A DNA stretch of 64,000 nucleotides from Octopus vulgaris (lineage: Eukaryota), in assembly GCA_951406725.2 (NCBI GenBank), contig OX597842.1:16306001-16370000 (forward strand), written 5' to 3'. Shown here piece by piece: positions 53,840-64,000 of this stretch. The notes under the pieces are model-generated. The model was not told the DNA's origin. It ran no database searches and worked only from the letters and a program-made list of their open reading frames with translations. How positions within the stretch are numbered: position 1 is the first letter of the stretch; each line of letters starts with the position of its first letter. The translations under genes were made by a program, and so were the position numbers.

Positions 53840-54316
53840 AAAAATCTTTACCTTACCGAAAGACAGAATATTTCCAGGTGTAGGACTCCCAAAAGCCATT
53901 TCAGTCTGGCTCTGGTTCGCGCGGATGAATAAATTGTATTCAGTTCTTAAGAATATATTTAATCTTAAGCAGGAGGTCATTCAGGGCAGCCAATAAAGCG
54001 ACTCATTGTATTTTCTCTTTGTTGGTTGCCTTTCATTCTTATCTCTCAATATTCTGTCGCCCTTTCACTCACACGAATTTCTGAAATTAAAGCTGTGACC
54101 TAGTTTTACCCTAATTGTCCAAAGAGCTATGTGTATATGTAGGGGTGTGACAGAGAGAGAGGAAGAGAGAAAGGGTGGGCAACACCTACGCATGTTGATT
54201 GTATATTATTAACCCATTGAAATCGTTTTGGATTTCGTGAGCAATAAAAGCCGAACACATTTTGTTGTTAAAGGCGCGTTGCGGTTTTATTGGCCAACGT
54301 CTATGCATTGTAGTAA
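53840..54316 (-). other. Candidate first exon/promoter block of the ANK-DD locus
   Basis: Upstream of the ANK exons on the same strand; G|GTAAGG donor at 53857/53856 conserved in the 13-kb paralogue; optional ATG at 53899 (MAFGSPTPGNILSF). Confidence 0.4.
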
Positions 54317-54437
54317 CATGAACATACACACACACACACACACACAGACAACACAATTCACACACAGACATACTTATGTATTATGTATATATAGATACGT
54401 GTGTGTGTGTGTGTGTGTGTGTGTGTATTATACATGC

Positions 54438-54643
54438 ATGGCAGAAACGTTAGCAGTCCGGGCGAAATGCGTAGCCGTATTTCGTCTGTCGTTACGTTGT
54501 GAGTTCAAATTCCGCCGAGGTCGACTTTGCCTTTCATCCTTTTGGGGTCGATAAATAAAGTACCAGTTACGCACTGGGGTCGATGTAATCGACTTAGTCC
54601 CTTTGTCTGTCCTTGTTTGTCCCCTTGTGGGCAATAAAGAAAT
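54438..54643 (+). mobile_element. SINE family B
   Basis: GGCAGAAACGTTAGCAG...CCCCTTGTGGGCAATAAAGAAAT. Confidence 0.88.
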
Positions 54644-54838
54644 ATATATGTATATATATGTGTGTGTGTGTATTTAATAATATAAGGGTAAATAATTGTT
54701 AATTTTAAAAAACCAACATTTATTCCCGGGTAGATTTCGGTATGTAAATATAACTATTATCGGTAGGAACTTTTTTTAAAAATTATATATATATAAAAGA
54801 GCAAGCAACAGGTTGCTTAGCCACATACCGAAAAAATT

Positions 54839-54966
54839 AGAAATAGCTGTCAAAGACCGTTTATTTCTATTTTATACAAATATAACTCCACATATAACTC
54901 CATATACATGTATGTGGAGTTATATTTGTATAAAATAGAAATAAACTGTCTTTGACTGCTATTTCT
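54839..54966. repeat. AT-rich near-perfect palindrome (possible small MITE)
   Basis: AGAAATAGCTGTCAAAGACCGTTTATTTCTATTTTATACAAATATAACTCCACAT mirrored on the right. Confidence 0.85.
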
Positions 54967-55197
54967 TTACCTAGAAATATTTGAAGTATATTCACAAGAA
55001 GAGAATCTTTATATGTTTTTAAAGAATCTCAAAAATAGTTGATAAATTTGAAAGAAAGAAAACGTTTGGGATTTTTATATTTCAAGGAAATTCAAAATTT
55101 GTGAATCAATTTTTCCTGAAATAAAAAATATAAACCTTGTCTTCTTCATATACTTTAATTTGATCTATACAATAAATCTCTGCCTTCAGCTAAAAGG

Positions 55198-55310
<113 letters not shown>

Positions 55311-55373
55311 GGGGCGTGTAAGGAAAATATAAGATAGAGAATTCTAAAATAATTTTCAGCCTTTGAGACTGTA

Positions 55374-55652
55374 GGCGTAGGAGTGGCTGAGTGGTAAGTA
55401 GCTTGCTTACCAACCACCTGGTTCCGAGATCAGTCCCACTGTGTGGCAGCTTGGGCAAGTGTTTTCTCGGGCCAAACATGTACATATTTACGACGGGGCT
55501 TCCTTCAGTCTCCGTCTACGAGATCCACTCACAAGGCTTCGGTCGCCCGAGGCTACAGTAGAAGTCACTCGCCCAAGGTGCCACCCAGTGGGACTGAACC
55601 CGGAACCATGTGCATGGTACGCAAGCTACTTAATACACCGCTAACCCCGCCT
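55374..55652. mobile_element. Two SINE A 5' fragments in inverted (tail-to-tail) arrangement
   Basis: Plus head 55374-55470; minus head 55490-55652. Confidence 0.75.
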
Positions 55653-56084
55653 ATATTTCGAGAGTTATCTCCACTTACTTGCCATCTCCTATCCGACCTT
55701 TAATCTACTTCCGGCAACAGAAAATTTGAAATTAATTGGGACCCCGGGTACGTTGCTACCGTTCAAAACTAAACTGAGGTAAGGCATTTTAATTTCATTT
55801 GGGGCCATTTAACGCTTCAGTGAACATCCTTTCATCTTAAACTCTGTCTGTGTGTCTATAAATTAATGATACGATATTAATTATCGTAAATGTGCGTGAT
55901 CCAATTAGGAAATTAATGATTTTGTTTTTCGTTATGAAACTTACAAGGGTGTGGCCGCTTTGTTGGGGGACAGAGATGGAGGTAACACAGAGTAGGGTCT
56001 CTGTTAAGTCAGCCTGAAATGGTAGGGTTTTGTGTATATGTTTTAACAAGGGTGGATTTCTGCGCTGTGGAAACTGGATACCAT

Positions 56085-56283
56085 TTAATTAAGAAGAGTG
56101 GCCCTGGTGCGCGCCCTCGCGTACTCGCGCATCCGCGCTAGCTAGTCGTGACTAGTCGATCCTACAACGACTACTTAGCAAAGTAAATGAAACACAAAAA
56201 CACAAAGTAAAGATCGACTAGCTAGCTCGGATGCGCTAGTACGCGATTGCGCGCACCGGGACCACTCTTCTTAGGTAGTACCC
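56085..56283. mobile_element. GGTAC-TIR MITE copy (left end damaged)
   Basis: High similarity to 12735-12930; right TIR CACCGGGACCACTCTTCTTAGGTAGTACCC. Confidence 0.85.
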
Positions 56284-57199
56284 TATAAATTAATGTGTGT
56301 CTATAAATTAAATATGTGTGTGTAAAAGTGATAAAGTCAAGTTTCATGTATTTAGTGTCTGTAACTGTAACTCCCTCCCACTCCTTTTGCTGTTTTAGCT
56401 TTCTTTCTGACCTGTCCATAAATTGTCTTTACAACTTCCACACTTCCGAACTTCAAATTGTAAACCCAGTGTTTATTTCAATGCCTCCGCTTCCTCCCTC
56501 TGTTATTTTTCTTTTAGCCTATGTTATTAAGTCTGCTATGCGTATGTATGCATGTATGTGTGTGTATAATATATACTAGCAGTCCCCTGGCCTTTGTCTC
56601 GGTGTGTAGTGTACACAAATGTATTCATAAAACATCTTTCGTAATGCTTATGTATTAAGATCTTAGTTAAAAATTACTAGTCGATACTCTTCACAAGAAA
56701 AAGTTCTACATTCCAACCTTAAGTAAACACACACACACACATAAATTTACAGTAAACAAAAGACGAAGACAGGTGAGGGCACAACAAGAAGGTGTATTAG
56801 TTTGACGCTCGGGAAAAAATGGGGAAGTCTTTGATGTTTAGAACCTACGCTCTTCGACAGAAAGGATTGAAAGGGGAAATGGAGTGGTCAATGCAACGAT
56901 CACACGCTACTCACCTTCCTTCCAAGCACTGCCGTGGGCAGTAGAAGTAAGCTAGAACGTTTAAACTTAGTGCACATGCACAACAGTGTTCACACGGTCA
57001 ATCTGTGCCAAGCGGATTTACTCTGCATGCTTTAGCTTTGTCACTATGACTACAGTCCTGATTCCTATTGATCAGACCACATATTCTGCGGCAACAAAAT
57101 AATTAAAACCAACTTGAAAGAGTAGAAAATTTGGTGCAGTAAGAAGAGCAGATAAATAAGGCCATCAGAGCGAGAGAGGGAGCGGAGGTGTAGATATGC

Positions 57200-59100
57200 T
57201 TCTGTTGGCATTACAGAATTGCAAGATTAAATTCAGCAGATATGATGGGATTTGGTCTCTGCAACAGTGAAGATGGTACATTCGGATGTTCGACAGTGAA
57301 ATTGCCAGCACAGAATTCTACAACAAGCCCCCAACTATATTCTTTGGAATCTTTATTAATCCGAGTTGTTGGGATTTCAAAAAGGGCTGACTGGAGTATG
57401 AGGCCCCATGTTTTGAACATACTTCCAAAATGACTCTCTATTCCCATTGGTTACCATTTGTTGTCTAAAATTTAAGTACTGCCCTTTTTAGTCACGTGCT
57501 TCATATGGATTGATGCTCTTTTGCATCCCCTTTTCAATGTAATCAGTATTCGCATTCAGCATCTCTTCGATCTTTCGTGGCGAAGTGGGCTGCTATAGTT
57601 TCCCATGGGGCTTTTTAACGAGTTTAATGGTTATTGATGCTTAGTATGTGACCCTCAATCAATTAAGGATGTGCTGACGGTTAGCATTGACATCTCCAGA
57701 ATTGTAAACTTGAAACCAATGATGGCACTAAAAGACTCTGCAATAGGAGTTCCAGTCCGCATTGTTCCAGTACAAGCAAAAAGTTTGGGGGTTTTGGTGT
57801 CTTCTTTCTATCCTTTAGATATAGATTGAAATGATTGGCGCATGATTAGAGTCACCTAAATAGACCTTGGTAGTGAGGCTGATGACAATTTCATGAGCAG
57901 TGAGTAAATAACATATCCAAAGTGTTGTTACGTCTTATGGAAGAGTTGATTAATTGGGGTCAGTTTGAATCCAACACAAGATCAAGGAAATCAATTTCCC
58001 TTCGGGATCCGTGAAAGTTTTCGAAGCCAAACTCTGGTAAAAGGAACTAACCAGTAAGAAATCATAGGTGGCTTTTCTTTCATAGATGCAGCTCCAACAA
58101 TGTCAAAAACATGGTAGCTTGGTGGGTGGTCGCAAAAAATACCTCCTGTTACGACTGCTTTGAAACTTCACAAGGAATTTCTGAAAACCTTGAGTAAATA
58201 GAGACTACCACACCGCACCATGGTAATTAAATGATATTTGTGAAGCAAAATGTAGCTTGCCATGCTGAAAATACCATTGCAGTGTAAGGAATGCCTCAAG
58301 GTTTAACTGTTGTGAGATCAGAACTGATACTTTTCAAGTGACAGTTAAAACAAAGACGAACTTTATTGCATGAACTATGGACATTTATAAACAATAATTT
58401 GTATCTCGATTTAAGCCTATCATGATTCATAGAAGAGGATGTATTGTTCTTGTTTAGCTTCCTGTGGTTTTCCCATTATTGCACATTGTTCAATATCCTC
58501 AGACCAAATCGCATCACTTTTCCACGTTGTGTAGAGTCTTGATACAAAGGAGCTACAATACATATCCTCAGGTGATATATAAGGATGAAACCAATATGCA
58601 ATTTTATTTTCATATTTAGCATTATCAGAGGCTAAACCGTATGCACATACCTGAGAAGGAGGTTTAATCTAAATAGTCTGAGTTTTGATCCAATCAACGG
58701 AGGTAGGGGACATATTTTGGAGGAACACAGTTAAAGTGAACAAGTTGTAAGAAAATAGTTGTAGATCAATGAAAGCTTCAGCCATACGAATGAAGATAGC
58801 ATCATGTCTGTCAGCTTCAGTGACTTTCTCAATGGGCCTGGATTCAGCTCTCACTAGGGGCAAGTTTGTATGCTGGGAATTCTGTTATGATCCTTCATTT
58901 TCTGTAAAGATTCTTGCGTTTAATATCCTTTAGAACAAATGTCCGAAATTTCCCCGTGCATGGTCAGATTTTGGTTGGCAAAAATCGTAGGAGAAGATAC
59001 GTGAGTCAGGCACTGAAATGACCAATACGGTAGTTGGACCATTTCCTCCAGTCCTTCAATGATAGGACCATTATGTACCTTCTATTGGTCTGCGATCATC
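57200..59100 (-). mobile_element. Decayed Gypsy pol region (RT/RNase H/integrase remnants)
   Basis: Fragmented minus-strand translations resemble pol (RPIEKVTEAD, YHLRIC, integrase-region CKF); many stops. Confidence 0.5.
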
Positions 59101-59785
59101 TTGAGGTTATTGCTACATTAATGCCAGATACAGATATAACGGTTACTGCATTCAACCCATCTATTTGAAATGTGTTCTCAAATTATGTACACATACACAA
59201 ACACACACACTTTTATGTATTAAAGATGATTTTCAAGGCATGGTTCTATTTTAAAACTATGACTTGTTTTGTTACATAGTGTATCTATAAAGAAAGCCAT
59301 GGCAATTGTGTTCTCTCTGCCTATCTATAAAATTTGAAATCAAATATCAAAGTATAGAACGCTTGTTAAATAGATTAGATGCAATAAAGTATTTGTTATA
59401 TACACATATAAGAAAGTGTAATTACACAAATGAACTTGTGTTCATTCATGTGTTTATTCAGAAGAAATGGAGTCTATGCTAGAATTGAAGTATATTTCTT
59501 CAATATATGTATCCCATTGTGTTTTTGCAATTTTAGACATGTGTCACAGTCAATCATATATTTATCAATATGTGTATAATTAAATATATATGCGTTTGCA
59601 TGTGTGCTCTGTTCATACACATACAAATCTGTTTGAATGTAATTGTTAAAATAAATCTCTTTCTAATGTAGTCTTACTCATCATTGTAATGTCTCGTAAT
59701 ATTCTCTATTCTGAACAGGTACACAATGTAATCCTTATTATAAATGAAAATTATTCTCAGGATGTGTTTATATTTTGTTCCACAG

Positions 59786-59928
59786 ATGTACATATTGTCA
59801 AGTGATGTATGCCTCTTCCGAATTCAAGCACTGTGAACATATAGCCCTATGTCGTGATTGTTATATTAGAATTAAGTGTGAATCATGCCCCACTTGTCAA
59901 CAGCCAATAAGTGGTGTGAGAGAATTTG
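59786..59928 (+). CDS. Intact C3HC4 RING-finger exon (mind bomb/IAP type)
   Basis: ttttgttccacag acceptor, G|GTAAGA donor, phase 2-1; CTYCQVMYASSEFKHCEHIALCRDCYIRIKCESCPTCQQPISGVREF = C-x2-C-x11-C-x-H-x3-C-x2-C-x8-C-x2-C. Not in the ORF track. Confidence 0.88.
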
Positions 59929-60994
59929 GTAAGAAAACTATTTGATAATCTGTCTGTTTGTCTCATTGACTTTATGATATATAATATGTATATATGGTAT
60001 TTAATGTGCTTCAGAATTGTCGTGTAGACCCAAATCTGCCATAAACTGGCAGATTAATGTTGAAAGATGTTCCAGGTGTCATTTCTCTGTGATAGTGTAT
60101 CTCCCACTACATCCACAAAACATTGTCTTTATCCAAATAGAAGACTTGTCACATTTCAAGAGGGTCCTGTCTGTAGCACAAGACTAATGAATCATGCCGC
60201 AAAATAAGACTTAAGAATCATACTGCAACATAAGACTAATGAATGATACAGCAATATTACTAGTAACTCACTGAAATATCATTACATCCGTTTTTATATC
60301 AGTAAACACCAATTTCTAACAATTGATTGTGAGTCATCAAAGTTGATTAATGATTTATCAGTATCTAGGGAAGATGATGATTAAAGACAAAGATATTGCC
60401 AAGAACATCATTTCAAGCTTTGCTGAAGTAAGATATTTAATCATAAAATCTCAGCTGAGAGTTTGAGAACCAACGTTAGAAAGTCTGACGGTTAAATCGG
60501 TTGTTCTGTGTAGGTGTAAATACTGGCAACTTGTAAAAAATGACTTGGATATTTTATAAAGTTGTTCTCCGGAAATACATAAAGATCTCAAATAATTGCT
60601 TGATATGAGATATCATCTCTTGCGGTATATACAATGAAGGTCTCAACTTCGAATATATACTCTAGAAAGTAAATAAAACAAAATTGAGTATTAACTCTGT
60701 ATTAGAATATTGATAATTAAATTACTTTTATCGAATGGCTATTTTGTTCTGTCTTGTAAGGGTGATAATACCCAATTCTGCTGCTGGAACTTCGATTCAG
60801 CTTTTGAAATATCTGATTCGAACACACAACTACTCCATTGATATCACTGTTAATCTCTACGTTTTCTCTTTCGTTTCTTATATATGTGCCAGATCTATGA
60901 CATGGCGTCGTTCTCTCACGTCTAGACTTCCCAAACCAACATTTTCCTATCTTCTGCTTGATTCTAATGTCAACCAAGTTGGTCATCGAAGTTG

Positions 60995-62436
60995 GTCATT
61001 GTTAGATTATGTAGGATGTCTTAATAGGCAGCGGAGATTTAAGAAGATTAGAGATTTAAGAGTTAAGAAGGTTAGAAGGTTATTTTGTTGTGCACCTAAA
61101 TATTGACCTATTAAATGGTAACACCGTTGAATCTGTCTTCCAAAACCATAATGGTCACCAGTTGTTCATTTATGATAGGAATGGCTCACAATAATATAGA
61201 TTATTAAGATTTTTCTATAAAGTATAAAACTTGAAAACACATATCTCAGGGAGTCCAAATTTTAAAGAGAAAGAAGCCAAGATGATGGCAGGGGCAGTTA
61301 GTGAGTATAAGTTAAAAGTACCTTATAGATTTCTATAAATTAACAGTACCTTATCACCGTTATTACTGTGACCGACCAGGCTATCAGATGTTGCTACACA
61401 TCGCTGGCTACAATGCGCTTCGCATTATTTTAGCCTTCAAATGATGCCACCTCGCTGGCTAAGCGAGCAGGCCAACAGAAGAAAGAGTGAGAGAATGTTG
61501 TGGAGAAAGTGAACAGCAGGGATCGCTACAACCCCCCGGCCGGATCCTCGTGGAACTTTAGGAGTTTTCACTCAATAAACACCCACAACGTCCGGTCTGG
61601 GAATCGAAACGCGATCCTACAACCGCGAGTCCACTGCCCTAACCACTGAGCCGTTGTGCCTCCACAACAGTACTTTATAGATTTCTATAACATTTATCTT
61701 CGCCCGAGTGATTTTGCTTGACAGGCTGATCGAGAACAAGTTCCGTTCTTAATTTCTATTTGTAAGATTAGGTCTAAAATGATTCTATTAAATATTCCAC
61801 TGAAATTTCCTTTAATCGATGTTAACGTGGTTTGTAAAATGGATAAATAAGCAGACACAATAGAGTTAATGATGTCCTTTAGGACAGAGAAATAAAATAT
61901 TTTGTTGTTTATTTGTAAACAGGTGAGTTAACGAGAAAGTTTTTGTTTCTTTTACTACTAAGGTCTTTCCTAAGTTTTCTGATAGGTTATTGTTGTTGTT
62001 GTTGTTATGTAGCCAGATGTCTGTCCTGATAAGTTGTTTAGGTACGTACCCTGAATGTCTCAGGTCAGAATAACTTTGTTATAAATTAAAGAAATTAAAA
62101 ATCAAATCTCTAAGATTATAATTATAATGATCATTAATGTTGATTAAATATTAAATTTAGTATTGAACGGTGAACATCTGTTTGCATTTAAACAAAATAT
62201 TGGTGTTGACATAAAATATAAAGATAGGAATTAAATATGAGTTCCCTGTGTGACTTGATCTCACAAATCCTTGTTTGTAACTATATATAATATACACTTA
62301 TTACATTGTTTGAACAACATTTACCATCCATAAAATCATTCTTTTTCTCACACTTGTCAGATTTTAGATGATATTAATGCTAAAAGAGGCACAGTTTTCT
62401 GAGTGTTTCACCCTTTGGTCTTGATTGTTGCATTCA
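60995..62436 (+). repeat. Inverted paralogue of intron segment 39985-41095
   Basis: See the partner feature; interrupted by a SINE at 61355-61665. Confidence 0.88.
61355..61665 (-). mobile_element. tRNA-derived SINE family C
   Basis: Minus-strand head GTGGAGGCACAACGGCTCAGTGGTTAGGGCAGTGGACTCGCGG...GTTTCGATTCCC; 13-bp TSD AACAGTAC(C/T)TTAT. Confidence 0.88.
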
Positions 62437-62859
62437 AATTATTTAATGAAAGATAGTCATTGTTATTTGACCAGGAAATAAATTATTCATTAGTATTTGG
62501 CAGTGGACTTGGTTATATCTTTCTTCGTTTGCTGAGACACAATCATATTCATAGTAATGAAGGTTATACGTTCTGTACTCAGATTATATACAATCTATAT
62601 TGATATCTAGTATTGCACCGTCAAGCACAGTACTACTGTATCACATATATACCCAATTATCATGATAATTAATAAGCTATAATTCATTAACTCTCTTACA
62701 TTTGTATGTCTGAAGTGTAAACTTATTTTGTCATAGGAACATCCTGTACCCTCACTTAACATTTTACACCTTGTTAGGGATTATGGTGGGGAAAGAGTGT
62801 ATGGTTTCAAGGTTGTTGGGGATGTTTTTTAGGGGACAGATTGTGTTCAGGGTGGAAGG

Positions 62860-63390
62860 TATGCACAGAAAGGACATGCCATGATGGCCTCGATGTTACT
62901 TAGCCAGTTGGGTCTTTTCAAGCACAGAAAATTGCTGATTGTCTCAGTCGTTTTTGTTATCTTCCCGTGTGAAGCTCAGCATCTGAACATCATTTCTCAC
63001 CACTTTGTCCTATGTCTTCCTCAGTCTTCCTCTTCCACAGCTTCTCTCCACATTTAGAGATCCGCATCTCTTTATGCTGATCACCCCATCCATATGCATC
63101 ACATAACCATACTATGAAAGATCTCTCTGTTGAACTCTACATCGGATGACTCTTATACCCAGATTTTCTCTTAAGACATTTCCACTGTGACTTACCTGAA
63201 CACTGATGTTGTACATCCAGTGGAGCATGCTGGCTTCATTTATCTCCAACCCTTTGCATGTCTTCAATCTTCACAGCCTATCTTTCATTATTGTGTTGTA
63301 CATCTGTCTGTACACAGGTTTCATACAATCTGCTTTCCACTCTTAGGGAGAAGCCCTTCATTACCTACAGAGTGGGGGCATTTGGGACAG
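62860..63390 (-). mobile_element. RTE LINE 3' fragment
   Basis: Minus strand gives LSLRVE.RLYETCVQT...MLHWMYNISVQV...LRENLGIR...WYGYVMHM...GRGRLRKT, typical of the RTE ORF C-terminus. Confidence 0.75.
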
Positions 63391-64000
63391 TTAATCTTGA
63401 CTATTGGTTATAGGAATATTTCACAATTATAAAATATCGATGTTCATTAAAGAAATTTTACTATAAAGTATAATCTTGGAAATATTTATTTCAGCAAGGC
63501 CAATATTTGAAGACAAAGAGGTCCAGACAGTGGAAGAGCCACGTGGTGAGTATAGAATGACATTACATAATTGATTTCTATAAATTTTAGCTTTTACTGA
63601 GCTATTTTGGTCAATAGAATGACCGAGAACAGGTTCCACTGCTACATTTCATTTGAATGCTTAGCTATAAAGAAATTCTGTTCTTCTACAACAACATGAA
63701 TATCCAATAAATGTACTTTATGCAAACATCTGTTACTCATTCACTCGCAGAAAGAAAGATACAAAAATTAAATATAAACCCTGAAACCGTTCTCTCCCGT
63801 TAAGGAGAATATTCGCCCTGTTTGTCATCTCATTGTACTCATTCATTCTCTCTCTCTCACTCATGCTCTTTCTCTCCGTCTTTTCAAGAAAGATGCTGGT
63901 TAAAAGTTTCAATACAATAAATGATATCATCTTCATCTTTTCTCATCTGCTCTCCATGCTCCTATACACTAGGTGGGTCATCACTGTCCAAGTCAGTTGT

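Overview
This is AT-rich, microsatellite-dense eukaryotic DNA, most likely octopus or another cephalopod (inferred from the SINE families and repeat landscape). It is dominated by tRNA-derived SINEs, MITEs, decayed LINEs (Tx1/L1, RTE, CR1, HERO-like), Gypsy fragments, Tc1 and hAT transposase relics, and about 7 kb of CT-rich mini/microsatellite. Most ORFs in the supplied track are simple-repeat artefacts. The real host-gene content is a spliced ankyrin-repeat + death-domain locus on the minus strand (about 34.0-50.0 kb, possibly starting near 53.9 kb) that looks pseudogenised: one acceptor and one donor are broken and there are in-frame stops. An intact C3HC4 RING exon lies on the plus strand at 59.8 kb, followed by an inverted paralogous copy of this gene's intron. 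The RING exon's splice phases fit exactly between the last ANK exon and the first death-domain exon, implying a locally duplicating ANK-RING-Death gene family. Other notable structures are a foldback-like inverted repeat with asymmetric minisatellite expansion (16.2-24 kb), a SINE whose 3' tail matches the local Tx1 LINE, and several fold-back palindromes. Repeat boundaries are approximate unless TSDs are quoted.
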